A stretch of 63,021 bases of DNA, filler included. It is 10 parts of 10 records of this genome, joined end to end, with 100 filler letters (N's around TTAATTAATTAA, not from the genome) between each part and the next. Parts side by side here need not be neighbours in the genome. Positions count along the whole stretch, not along the records: positions 38,603 to 45,602 come from SRR31156797_48380; positions 45,703 to 52,233 come from SRR31156797_48428; 8 more parts are not named here. The stretch is one strand, 5' to 3'. The position numbers were made by a program, and so were the translations under genes. A model generated the notes under the pieces. It saw only the letters and a program-made list of their open reading frames with translations, was not told the DNA's origin and made no database searches. The stretch's first letter is position 1. The number at the start of each line of letters is the position of its first letter. Positions 38,630 to 48,568 of the stretch are shown one piece after another.

Positions 38630-41479
38630 TTAACGCTCATGCTTTTCGCTTTTATGGTCGTCTGTTGTCGCTCCTGTATCCCGTTTTCCCTTTAAAGGCA
38701 GGTGTATAAAAAAGGTAGTTCCCTCCCCGGGGTATGATTCAACCGCCATTTCCCCGCCATGATTTTCTGTGATGATGAAATAAGAAACACTGAGCCCCAG
38801 ACCGGTGCCGCTGCCTGCCGATTTTGTGGTAAAAAAGGGTTCAAACACCCGCCGGCATGCCGCTTCGTCCATTCCGGGTCCATTATCCGCAATCTCAATA
38901 CACGCCATCTTTTTTTGTTTCCTTAACCGTGTCCGGATAAAAAAAGAAGGGGATTGTGTCTCTGATCCTTGCATGGCTTGAGCTCCATTGCGCAAAATAT
39001 TGAGAAGCACCTGTTGGATTTTGGGGCTTTCACAAGGCACACTGGGCAAATTGTGGGCATATTTCCTGGTAATGGTGATACATTTAAAGTCGTACTGCCT
39101 CTTCAAATCATAATCCGTGGCGGCCAGCTCCAAAGTTTTATCTATTAGGTCGTCCAATCGCTGAAAGCTGACCTCTGACTCGCTCTTGCGCGCAAAACCT
39201 AACATGTTACTGACCGTTTCCACTACACGCTGACCAGAAACTTGTATCGTGTTTAACATGCGTGGAATCTCCCGGGCCTGCATGAAACTATCTATGGCCT
39301 CCATTGTGGTACCAGCTGCTTCTGCTGCTTTCTGATTGTTAGAAATATACAGGTTGCCGCCCAGCCGATTGGCCATCACCGTTGCGGTCTGTAGCATGCC
39401 GGCCAGGGGGTTGTTGATTTCGTGGGCCATACCGGCGGCCAGGCCGCCGACACTGAGCATCTTTTCGCTTTGGATCATCATTTCCTCCATACGGATACGA
39501 TCAGTTACGTCATCAACTCGAATCACGGCCCCAGTCCCCCCCTCTCTGGTCAGGGGATAGATTGTGACATCTTCATATCGGGTTTCCCCGGTCGTGGTCC
39601 GATGTTCCTGCCGTGGGTGTACTGCGGTTCGGTTCTCCCGGATGGCAGCCTGGACCCAAGACGACGGTACTTGGGAGTAAATTTTCTCCAATGGTTTACC
39701 GGTCGCCTCCTCTGCGGCCATCCCAGTCAGCCGTTGGGCTTCCCTGTTCCACTGGCTTACGGTTCCGTCCGCCTCCACCCCGATGAGGATTGAAGGCATG
39801 GCGTTGATGATGTCGGCCAGGTAGCTGCGTAAACGGTTAAGTTCCATTTCAGCCTGTTTACGTTTGGTGACATCCCGAGAAATAGTCACGAAATAACCCT
39901 GCTGGGGACTGTAGGCCGACACTGAATACCAACGGTTCACAGACTTTGCGTATTGTTCTATGGAGATTCCTTTTCCCGTTTGAGCCACCTGGCCAAACTT
40001 TTTAATCCAGCCGGCCTCATCCTGTTCAATGCCAGGTAGGACTTCGATAGCCGTATTCCCAATGAGTGCCTCGGCCTTCAGTCCGGTCAGTTTTTCAAAG
40101 GCGGCGTTGATTTCTATATAGCGATAATCCACCGGCTCTTGCTGATCATTCGTCACAATCTCATGGTAGGCGAAACCGTCCGACATATTTTCGAATAGCA
40201 GGCGATAGCGCTTTTCACTTTGGGTAAGCCGAGCCTGCTGTTTTTTTAGATCGCCGATATGCACTTTGAGTCGCCGGCTCATGATGTTAAAGCTCCTGGC
40301 CAGAATACCGATCTCGTCGTCGCTGTCGGCTGGAATGAAATGATCCAAATCTCCCTGGCTGATCTTATCCGCAACCAGGGTAATCTTTTTTAAGGGGGCG
40401 GACATTTTCCGGGAAAGAAGGGCCACCAGAATCAGTGTAACACCAAGGAGCAGAAAGGAAAGTGCCGCCATCTCACGCAAAGCATCCCTGCTATGTTCCG
40501 CGATTACACGGGACAGTTCGTGGGTAGTAATTGATGCCAGTTGCACCGGGACAACAAGGCCCAGATGCCAGCTTGCATTGTCAAGCGGCAGATAGGCAAA
40601 ATACTTCTTATCGGTTGGAAAGGTCACTTTGGTCACTGTTGTATCTCCAAGGGCCATGTTGTGCAACACCCTTTGCAAAGAGGGATTATTGACCATTGAA
40701 AGATCCAGCATCTTCCGACTGTCCACTGTCTCGCCGACGGGTTTCAAATCCACCAATGCCAGTGGAGGACAGGCAACCAGATGCTGATTATTGTCAAGTA
40801 AAAAGCAGTATGAGCCCCGGATGGCCTGGCGATGGTTGAATTGTCCCACCAGGCGGAGGACGGAAACGGAAATACCCAGATAACCGACACTACCATCTTT
40901 AATGCGTAGAGGGCTCACCGCATCAATGACCCTATCATAGGCCACTGCATGGGGATTAGTGTGAACGCAGCTCCAAGATACATGATTCGGCGTTGGTTTA
41001 TCTGGAAATTGGCATAGAAATTTCATGTCAATCAAAGCATCGGGGGCCGTTTTCCGGGGCTGATTTCTCCCTCGCATATGAACGATGGATGTTCCTTCGG
41101 TGGCATGGTAGTATATGGTCGTGGTGTAGGGGCCGCTGCTGTTGAGCAGTAACCGCAAAGTTTCCTTTTGAGGAAGACGGCCGGCTTTAAGATCGGCTTC
41201 TATGATTTTTGCCCCGACCCGGACAGTATTTTTGGCCTGCTCAAGCTGCTGGTCAATGATATCTGCCTGGCCTTTTACAATTGAAGCCAGAAAACGCCGG
41301 TTGGTTTCCTCCAGCATAGCCCTGCCCTGGCCACGGATGGCATCACCGGCTCGCTGCATAGACCAATAGTTGATTCCAGTAAGTCCCACAGCCAGGAAAA
41401 CCATGCAGATGCCGCTGACGAGCACCAGCTTTTGCCAGAATAGCAAAGAAGGTTTTCGCGGGGTACTGTGTTTTATCAC
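38630..41479 (-). CDS. membrane sensor histidine kinase (Cache-like, HAMP, 2 PAS, HisKA, HATPase)
   Basis: Two TMs, DEIG.LA..FN, AHEINNPL, DNGPGM, FFTTK..G.GTGLGL. Confidence 0.93.
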   Translation of the reverse strand: MIKHSTPRKPSLLFWQKLVLVSGICMVFLAVGLTGINYWSMQRAGDAIRGQGRAMLEETNRRFLASIVKGQADIIDQQLEQAKNTVRVGAKIIEADLKAGRLPQKETLRLLLNSSGPYTTTIYYHATEGTSIVHMRGRNQPRKTAPDALIDMKFLCQFPDKPTPNHVSWSCVHTNPHAVAYDRVIDAVSPLRIKDGSVGYLGISVSVLRLVGQFNHRQAIRGSYCFLLDNNQHLVACPPLALVDLKPVGETVDSRKMLDLSMVNNPSLQRVLHNMALGDTTVTKVTFPTDKKYFAYLPLDNASWHLGLVVPVQLASITTHELSRVIAEHSRDALREMAALSFLLLGVTLILVALLSRKMSAPLKKITLVADKISQGDLDHFIPADSDDEIGILARSFNIMSRRLKVHIGDLKKQQARLTQSEKRYRLLFENMSDGFAYHEIVTNDQQEPVDYRYIEINAAFEKLTGLKAEALIGNTAIEVLPGIEQDEAGWIKKFGQVAQTGKGISIEQYAKSVNRWYSVSAYSPQQGYFVTISRDVTKRKQAEMELNRLRSYLADIINAMPSILIGVEADGTVSQWNREAQRLTGMAAEEATGKPLEKIYSQVPSSWVQAAIRENRTAVHPRQEHRTTTGETRYEDVTIYPLTREGGTGAVIRVDDVTDRIRMEEMMIQSEKMLSVGGLAAGMAHEINNPLAGMLQTATVMANRLGGNLYISNNQKAAEAAGTTMEAIDSFMQAREIPRMLNTIQVSGQRVVETVSNMLGFARKSESEVSFQRLDDLIDKTLELAATDYDLKRQYDFKCITITRKYAHNLPSVPCESPKIQQVLLNILRNGAQAMQGSETQSPSFFIRTRLRKQKKMACIEIADNGPGMDEAACRRVFEPFFTTKSAGSGTGLGLSVSYFIITENHGGEMAVESYPGEGTTFFIHLPLKGKRDTGATTDDHKSEKHER

Positions 41480-42855
41480 TGAAGGCTCCCAAGATCGGTA
41501 CGAAATTGACCACCTGTGAGTTGCTGATTCCAGGTTTCCTGACAGGCTCTTAAAGCTTCGGAAGGTGAGAGCCGGTTTTCGAGTGCGGCAACAATGGCGT
41601 CGGTGAGGCTTTCAATCAAATCCGGAATGGCCGGATGGCTGGGAATGGCCACCAAATTACCTTCGATAAGTTGGGCCTCCACTTGGGAAACCTGGGGGGC
41701 AAAAGCATGAAACTCCGGAGAGGCGATGGTCGACTTGCGGATCGGATCGAGCCCGCCTCCCCCCGGAATAAGGTTTAGCTGCAAAGTGATGTCCCGACGG
41801 ATTGCAAAGGATAGAAATCGTTCGGCAACATCACGTTTGGATGAATTGGCAGAAATGCCCATTGACCAACCACCGTTGAGGGGTGCCACACCTTTCCCTT
41901 CAACGCCCTCGGCCATGGGAATGGGCACCACCCCCCAGTCACCGCAGATCATTGATTGTTTTGGATCCTCGGCCATAATACCAATATCAGTCCACTGCTC
42001 AACCATGCCGACCTTCCCCTGAATAAAGGCATCCCTGGCCACGGCAAAATCGGTTTCAAGAGGGGAGGGCAAGGCATAGCGGGCGTGGGCAACCATCGCT
42101 TCCAACGCTGCCACAGCTTCAGGGGTATTGATGCGGGGCTCTTGATTTTGGTCGACCAGAGTACCGCCAAATCCCCCTAACCGGTTCAGGAAACTACCTG
42201 TAATTAAAAACGGGGTGGGGTAAGCCATAAAGGCCGCCCCAAAGATATTGTTATCCCGCTCTTGTTCGGTGATGTAGCGGGCAATTCTCAGGTATTCTCC
42301 CCAGGTTTTAGGCGGTGTAAGGTTGTGTTTAGCGAATAAAGATTTTTTGTAAAAAAGAACATGCATATCGCCATCGAACGGAACTGCCCATCGCTGATTG
42401 CGGTATAAGGTATATTGATCAAAAAAATGAGGGATCAGATCTGCTGTATCTAAGGTTTCAGCATATTTTTTATAAAACATGTCCAGGGGCACGATAACCG
42501 CTTTTTCCGCCAGACGTCCCAAATTGCCGTACCAAAAAAGGTAGATATCGGCCTGGGGAGTGGGTGAATTGAAATCCTTAATTGTCAAACCCAGGATATC
42601 GTGCAATTCGGTCTTAATAATGTGGACTACTGTTCCTGTCTCATCATTGAACAGCTGCACCAGTTTTTCGACGGCCCCTACATGAGGCCAGGAAACCATT
42701 ATGGTGAGCTTGCCGCCCTGTTTAGTCACGGGAGCAAATTCCTTATCGTGTTCCTTGGCAATGGGACGGTCGCAGCCTGTCTGTAATAACAGGCAAAAAA
42801 TCGCCAGTGCCATGGCGATGGCTCGACACCCAATACGACCGTTATGACTTTTCAT
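41476..42855 (-). CDS. extracellular solute-binding lipoprotein (family 1, sugar-type)
   Basis: GGAGG RBS before ATG 42855, lipobox-like LQTGC, P.D.D...LFY.K.LF, F..GK..M, GGW...I. Confidence 0.88.
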   Translation of the reverse strand: MKSHNGRIGCRAIAMALAIFCLLLQTGCDRPIAKEHDKEFAPVTKQGGKLTIMVSWPHVGAVEKLVQLFNDETGTVVHIIKTELHDILGLTIKDFNSPTPQADIYLFWYGNLGRLAEKAVIVPLDMFYKKYAETLDTADLIPHFFDQYTLYRNQRWAVPFDGDMHVLFYKKSLFAKHNLTPPKTWGEYLRIARYITEQERDNNIFGAAFMAYPTPFLITGSFLNRLGGFGGTLVDQNQEPRINTPEAVAALEAMVAHARYALPSPLETDFAVARDAFIQGKVGMVEQWTDIGIMAEDPKQSMICGDWGVVPIPMAEGVEGKGVAPLNGGWSMGISANSSKRDVAERFLSFAIRRDITLQLNLIPGGGGLDPIRKSTIASPEFHAFAPQVSQVEAQLIEGNLVAIPSHPAIPDLIESLTDAIVAALENRLSPSEALRACQETWNQQLTGGQFRTDLGSLQ

Positions 42856-42891
42856 TATGATCCCTCCTAATTTCCGATATTCATCCATAAT

Positions 42892-42991
42892 TGATGGTCT
42901 CGTAAAAAATCAGAAACAATAAACCAACCATATTAATATTAATGAGTTACATTAAAAGTAGTCGAGGATTAGATTTTTTACGGGATTATCA
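42892..42991. repeat. 100-bp non-coding element with about 20-bp imperfect terminal inverted repeats
   Basis: TGATGGTCTCGTAAAAAATC ... GATTTTTTACGGGATTATCA (3 mismatches, all G-U compatible). Confidence 0.7.
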
Positions 42992-43091
42992 TAATAAACG
43001 TGGATGAAAAAATGTTATTTGTCAAGCAAAGTATGCAGGATCACAAGGCAAACGCATTTAGAGTCAGTTTAAAATGTATTGACGTTGGGGG

Positions 43092-44501
43092 TTATTTATA
43101 AGAACCGAACCCGGGAAGATTATATTTATTGAGCAATGCGTATAATCTGGCCTGGGAGACGCCTGATAACCGGCAGGCGGTTTTCCTGTCACCACCGGCT
43201 TTTTTCATTAAACGGGTCAGGTAATTTTTTTCCAGTTGTTCCCGGCAGACATTTAAGGAAGGAAGGCTTGCATCACTGTTCAGGGCCTCATCGGCTATCG
43301 TCCGTGTATCCTGCTGAACGGCGGGTGTCTCAAACGTTAATGTGGAAAGCCTGTAATTGGGCGGAAGATGTTTAGGCACCAGGGTTGGATCGCTTCCGGC
43401 TGACGCCAGCGTGTACTCCAGGACGTTTAGCAGTTCTCGAATATTGCCGGGCCAGGCGTTTGACATCAGTGTTTCAAGCAACTCTTTGGATATCGCCTTG
43501 GGTTCAAGATTATATCGGTTTGAAAGTTCATGAACCTTTTTTAAAACAATCTCTTCAATATCGTTTCCCCTGTCGCGCAGCGGGGGCAGAGAAATCTCCA
43601 TGGCTCTTATCCGATACAGAAAATCTTCCCTGAACAGATTTTCTTTGACTAGTTGATCAAGGTCGAGGTTTGTAGCGGAAATCAAACGGATATCCACTTT
43701 TATCTCTTTTTTTCCCCCAATGCGGCGGACAGATCTTTCCTGGAGCGTCCTTAACAATGCTTTTTGGATTGGCAGCGACAAATCGCCGACTTCATCGAGC
43801 ATCAAAGTGCCGCCGTCCGCCTGAACAATCAAACCGTCCTGTTTGTATACGGCGCCGGTAAACGCGCCTTTCTCATGTCCGAAAAGGGTACTTTCAATCA
43901 AGGACTCGGTCAAAGCACCGCAATCAACAGCCACAAATGGTTTTGACGCCCGTTTACTGTTTTCATGGATTGCTTTGGAAAACAACTCTTTACCGGTGCC
44001 GGTTTCTCCTGTTACCAGGACCCCGGCATCGGTTGAGGCAGCTTTGCCCACTTCATCCAGACATTTTTTCAGGGCAGGGGATTCCCCGATAATTTTTGAA
44101 CGTTTCAGAATGATCAATTCAGGGGATGAAAGCTTCTCCTTTCGATAGTGCATGGCCCTTTGAATGGGAAGCCTGACATCATTAAGGCCAAATGGTTTCT
44201 GCACAAAATCCCATGCCCCGTTTTTAAATGCAATCTCAGCACCCCTGGCATCGCCTGTGCCGGTAATAATTATTATTTCCGGGGCAGAAGGCAGGGTTAC
44301 AAGATCAGGCATAATATCCAGCCCATTGCCGTCCGGCAGCTCAAGATCAAGTAAAATGATGTCAAAGTCATTTTGACTGCTCAATGCCTTTGCTTCATTT
44401 ATTCTTTTTGCCGTAAATGTTTCACACCCCATCTTTGCAAGAAGGGTTTCAAAAAACAGACGAATGTTCGGGTCATCATCAATAATCAGTACACGAAACA
44501 T
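43092..44501 (-). CDS. sigma-54-dependent response regulator (NtrC family)
   Basis: REC domain, GETGTGKE, GAFTGA, WPGNIREL, C-terminal HTH. Confidence 0.95.
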   Translation of the reverse strand: MFRVLIIDDDPNIRLFFETLLAKMGCETFTAKRINEAKALSSQNDFDIILLDLELPDGNGLDIMPDLVTLPSAPEIIIITGTGDARGAEIAFKNGAWDFVQKPFGLNDVRLPIQRAMHYRKEKLSSPELIILKRSKIIGESPALKKCLDEVGKAASTDAGVLVTGETGTGKELFSKAIHENSKRASKPFVAVDCGALTESLIESTLFGHEKGAFTGAVYKQDGLIVQADGGTLMLDEVGDLSLPIQKALLRTLQERSVRRIGGKKEIKVDIRLISATNLDLDQLVKENLFREDFLYRIRAMEISLPPLRDRGNDIEEIVLKKVHELSNRYNLEPKAISKELLETLMSNAWPGNIRELLNVLEYTLASAGSDPTLVPKHLPPNYRLSTLTFETPAVQQDTRTIADEALNSDASLPSLNVCREQLEKNYLTRLMKKAGGDRKTACRLSGVSQARLYALLNKYNLPGFGSYK

Positions 44502-44510
44502 ATGAACCTT

Positions 44511-45602
44511 TTATTCTTCTTTTTTGATCATTGCTTTTTCAATGATCAATGAGAGCTCGCCGGCCGTCATGGGCTTCATCACCATATTTGCAATACCGAC
44601 ATCCCTGCACTTCTCTGTTGTCAGGCCGTGACTAAAACCTGTAGCTAAAACAATGGCAATATCAGGGTTGATCTTTTTTATTTGTTTTGCCAGTTCAAAG
44701 CCGTCCATATTGGGCATTGCCATATCGGTCAAAATCAAATCATAATGTGCCGGATTTTTTTTCACCGTTTCAATGGCATTGAGACTGTCTGTCTCCATAA
44801 CCGCGGAATACCCCAGTATGGTCAAAATGTCACAGGCGCTTTCGGCAATAGCCTTTTCATCATCAATCACCAGGATATTACCCTGGCCTTTTTTTAGTAC
44901 GGCATTTACTTGCGTTTCAGAAAGCTCTGCCTGGTCATGCTCCGGTAACAGAATTCTGAACGTTGTTCCAACCCCGACCTCACTGTAAACCGATATTCCA
45001 CCGCCCATCTCTTTTATGATCCCGTATACTGTGGCCAACCCCATCCCGGTCCCTTCTTCACGACCTTTCGTCGTAAAAAAAGGTTCAAAAATCCGGTCAA
45101 GATATTTTTTATGAATGCCGCATCCGGTATCAGAGATAACCAGTTCAATAAATTCCCCTGCAGAAATTTTCCCCAAAAATCCAGTCTTGGCGTCATCAAG
45201 TTTGACTCGATCCAAAATAATCTCCAGAACCCCGCCGTGATCTTTCATTGCGTAACCGGCGTTCGTAAAAAGGCCCATAAGGACTTGATATATCTGGGTT
45301 GCATCACCAAAAACCAGCCCCTGTTCAAGTCTTAAATCATGTTGAATTTCGATACTGGCGGGCAGGGAGGCGCGCATGAACTTTAATGATTCTTTAATAA
45401 TTGGATAAATATTGATGGCCTGTTTTTCAACATCTGATTTTCTGCTGAATGTCAGGATATGCCTGACCAGATCCCTGGCTCTCAGGCTGGACAACGAGAC
45501 CTGTTTCAAATACCTTTTCAGTGTTTCGTTATCTTTTGCTTCATGCATTGCAAGATCGGTAAAGCCCATCACGCCGGAAAGGATATTATTAAAATCATGG
45601 GC
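44511..45602 (-). CDS. hybrid histidine kinase / receiver, 5'-truncated
   Basis: AHDFNNIL at the contig edge, DTGCG, GTGMGL, C-terminal REC (TD..MP.MDG). Confidence 0.93.
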   Translation of the reverse strand, partial: AHDFNNILSGVMGFTDLAMHEAKDNETLKRYLKQVSLSSLRARDLVRHILTFSRKSDVEKQAINIYPIIKESLKFMRASLPASIEIQHDLRLEQGLVFGDATQIYQVLMGLFTNAGYAMKDHGGVLEIILDRVKLDDAKTGFLGKISAGEFIELVISDTGCGIHKKYLDRIFEPFFTTKGREEGTGMGLATVYGIIKEMGGGISVYSEVGVGTTFRILLPEHDQAELSETQVNAVLKKGQGNILVIDDEKAIAESACDILTILGYSAVMETDSLNAIETVKKNPAHYDLILTDMAMPNMDGFELAKQIKKINPDIAIVLATGFSHGLTTEKCRDVGIANMVMKPMTAGELSLIIEKAMIKKEE

Positions 45603-45702
45603 NNNNNNNNNNNNNNNNNNNNNNNNNNNNNNNNNNNNNNNNNNNNTTAATTAATTAANNNNNNNNNNNNNNNNNNNNNNNNNNNNNNNNNNNNNNNNNN
45701 NN
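45603..45702. other. artificial contig spacer
   Basis: N44-TTAATTAATTAA-N44. Confidence 0.98.
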
Positions 45703-45749
45703 CCTGATGAATTCTTGAAGATTGTGAAGTAAGGATTTAGATAAGCTTA

Positions 45750-46253
45750 ATGGATTTACTCAACTATATTGAACGTGGCGGTGTAATAGTCTATATCCTA
45801 ATAGGGATGAATATTATAGGATTTACTATTATGCTTTGGAAGAGCTTTGTAGTCTTTTTTGCTAGGATCAATCTAGAAAAAATATCACATGAGCTTTTAA
45901 AAGAGCTTCATGTAACAAAAGAGTATCAAATAGCAGGGATCCATGCAAGTGTTGCACTTCGTGTAAAAAAACTAGAAGCTGGATTAAATACTGTCAAACA
46001 AATTGCTTCTATCTCCCCACTTTTAGGACTTCTTGGAACAGTTATAGGGATACTTAACTCTTTTGATAGTATCTCTCACCTTGGACTTGGAGATCCTAGT
46101 GTATTTTCAAGTGGGATTAGTATCGCACTTATTACTACAGTTGCAGGACTTATTGTAGCTATTCCACACTATATAGGATATAACTACTTTATGGGGGCAC
46201 TTGATAGTATAGAGGTAAAACTAGAAAACTCTCTTATAGAAAAACTTCAATGA
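45750..46253 (+). CDS. exbB: MotA/TolQ/ExbB proton channel protein
   Basis: PLLGLLGTV.GI and GIS.ALITT.AGL.VAIP. Confidence 0.9.
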   Translation: MDLLNYIERGGVIVYILIGMNIIGFTIMLWKSFVVFFARINLEKISHELLKELHVTKEYQIAGIHASVALRVKKLEAGLNTVKQIASISPLLGLLGTVIGILNSFDSISHLGLGDPSVFSSGISIALITTVAGLIVAIPHYIGYNYFMGALDSIEVKLENSLIEKLQ

Positions 46254-46636
46254 CACGTAAAAAAAGAGATACCCTTAGTCCTGATCTTACACCACTGATC
46301 GATGTGGTTTTTATTTTACTAATCTTTTTTATTGTAAGTTCTGTTTTTAAAAAAGAAGAACTTGCTCTAGTACTTGATCTACCAGCTTCAAGTGCAACAG
46401 AACATGAAGTGAAACCAAAACAGTTAAATATAGAACTCTCCCCTACTTCTTTAGCATATCTTGGAAAAGTGATCACTTTTGAGAACCTAAATACGGAACT
46501 TCAAAAAGTAGTGCAAAAAGATAAACCAGTAATTGTACGAATCGATAAAGATGTAAAATATGAACGTATTGTAAAGGTACTTGATCTACTTCAAAAATAT
46601 TCTCTAACCAACCTTGCTTTGGTAACTGAAGAATAA
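46250..46636 (+). CDS. exbD: biopolymer transport protein ExbD/TolR
   Basis: LTPLIDVVFILLIFF, LDLP.A, R.DK...Y. Confidence 0.9.
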   Translation: MTRKKRDTLSPDLTPLIDVVFILLIFFIVSSVFKKEELALVLDLPASSATEHEVKPKQLNIELSPTSLAYLGKVITFENLNTELQKVVQKDKPVIVRIDKDVKYERIVKVLDLLQKYSLTNLALVTEE

Positions 46637-46666
46637 AATAGAAATGTATATGTGATATAATCAAAC

Positions 46667-48502
46667 ATGAGACTATTTTTTCTACTTTTACTCACAACTA
46701 TTTATCTCTTTGCTACTTCTCAAACTTTAGTTATAAATGATGAAAAAAAATATGAAAACTTTTCTTTAGGGGTTTTAAAAGATACTCAAAATAGTTTTAC
46801 TTTTCAAGAGATTCAAAATATGGATTTTGAAACATCTAGGAGTAATTTTACTTTGGGTTATATAAAAGGTGGAGCAGCTTGGTTTAAAATAGATATTACC
46901 AATAAAACAGATATTGAAAACTATATTTTAAATATAGGAGAGCATTTTTATGAAGTAGCAGAGCTTTATTATAAAAGTGCAGATGAGCAAGAGTTTCATA
47001 GAAAAAACAATAGTCTTTTTACCCCTATAGAAAAACGAGACATACACTCAGTCAAACTCTCTTTTCCTATAATATTATCATCAAATGAGACTACAACAGT
47101 TTATCTAAAATTAAAAGGTAAATATGCTTATTTTGGAAATATCACCTTATATCCAAAGAATCAACATACTTTCAATAGTATTTTAAGTGTATCATCACTA
47201 TTTTTATATGTATTTGGACTTTTGACGATTATTGCAGGGTTTAGTTTATTTTTATTTATACGTCTAAAAGAAAAGATATATGGATACTATTTAGGGTTTA
47301 GCTTTTTTAATCTTTTTTATGTGATCAATATGAGTGGACTTTTAGGATATGTAGGACTAGGAGAATATCTATATAAGTTTTATTTTTCAGCACCTTTTAT
47401 GGTGGCATTTTTGATCCTTTTTTCTTTAGAATTTTTAGAGATCAAAAAAAAGATTCCTCTCATTTATAGGTTTTTGATCTTTTTTCCCGCGATACTATTT
47501 ACTTTTGGGACAATCTCTATTTTTTATTATGAACCTTGGAATAAAATTATCAGTAATACTTTAGCGATCTGTGTCATTATTCTTATTGTGATATCTACAA
47601 AAGTATATTTTATGGGAAATTCTAGATCAAAATTTTATATAATAGCCATTGTATTATACTTTACAAGTGGTTTGGTTTTTTTATTTATGTTACAAGGGTA
47701 TGTAGAATATACCTTTATCACTCGATATATCTTATTTTTTGCTATTCCAATAGAGACAATAATTTTTACACTAATGTTGACTGATAGGTATTATGATGTG
47801 AAAAAACAGCAAATAGAAACAGAAAAAGAACTTATTGAAGAGAAGAAGAACTACCATAAAAACCTTGAGCGTGAAGTGGAAGTAAAAACACAAGACCTTG
47901 TTAAGCTTCTCAATGAAAGAGGGCTTTTATTAAAAGAGGTAAACCATCGTGTTAAAAACAATTTTCATATGCTTATGGGGATGTTGTGGCTTGATGAGCA
48001 GAACAATGCAAATCATGATCATAAAAAATTGATCAATAGGATACAATCTCTTTCAACAGTACATGAAACACTTTATAACAGTGAAGATCTTGGAAAAATA
48101 AATGCAAAAGAAACACTTGAAAAGATCATCCAAAATATTAAAAGTGCTTATCAAAAAAGATCTTTTAATATTGAATATAAGATCATAGATATTGATCTAG
48201 GATTTGAACAAGCGATCAACTTAGGGGTCATTGTCAATGAGCTTCTTACAAACTCAATTGTTCATAATAGTAAAAGAGAAAGTTTAAATATAACTCTTAA
48301 GATACTAGAAGATAAAGATACTTTGATTTTTGAGTATAAAGATGATGGGATAGGATTTGAAAAAGAGAGTTCAAAAAAAGGGATGGGACTTAAGATCATC
48401 AACTCTTTTATAGAAAAGCTTACACACGAGAGATATATCCTTGAAACAACTAATGGAATGTATTTGCAACTTTTTTTGCAAAAACTACATCAAACAGTTT
48501 AG
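46667..48502 (+). CDS. 7TM-DISM sensor histidine kinase (HisKA_2 type)
   Basis: Signal peptide, extracellular domain, about 7 TMs, EVNHRVKNN, NELLTN, DDGIG, G.GL. Confidence 0.88.
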   Translation: MRLFFLLLLTTIYLFATSQTLVINDEKKYENFSLGVLKDTQNSFTFQEIQNMDFETSRSNFTLGYIKGGAAWFKIDITNKTDIENYILNIGEHFYEVAELYYKSADEQEFHRKNNSLFTPIEKRDIHSVKLSFPIILSSNETTTVYLKLKGKYAYFGNITLYPKNQHTFNSILSVSSLFLYVFGLLTIIAGFSLFLFIRLKEKIYGYYLGFSFFNLFYVINMSGLLGYVGLGEYLYKFYFSAPFMVAFLILFSLEFLEIKKKIPLIYRFLIFFPAILFTFGTISIFYYEPWNKIISNTLAICVIILIVISTKVYFMGNSRSKFYIIAIVLYFTSGLVFLFMLQGYVEYTFITRYILFFAIPIETIIFTLMLTDRYYDVKKQQIETEKELIEEKKNYHKNLEREVEVKTQDLVKLLNERGLLLKEVNHRVKNNFHMLMGMLWLDEQNNANHDHKKLINRIQSLSTVHETLYNSEDLGKINAKETLEKIIQNIKSAYQKRSFNIEYKIIDIDLGFEQAINLGVIVNELLTNSIVHNSKRESLNITLKILEDKDTLIFEYKDDGIGFEKESSKKGMGLKIINSFIEKLTHERYILETTNGMYLQLFLQKLHQTV

Positions 48503-48568
48503 CTAGTAACTTTTCATTAGTTAAGTCAGGCTATGATAGGATAAGTATATTTTATACATGGAGTTATT

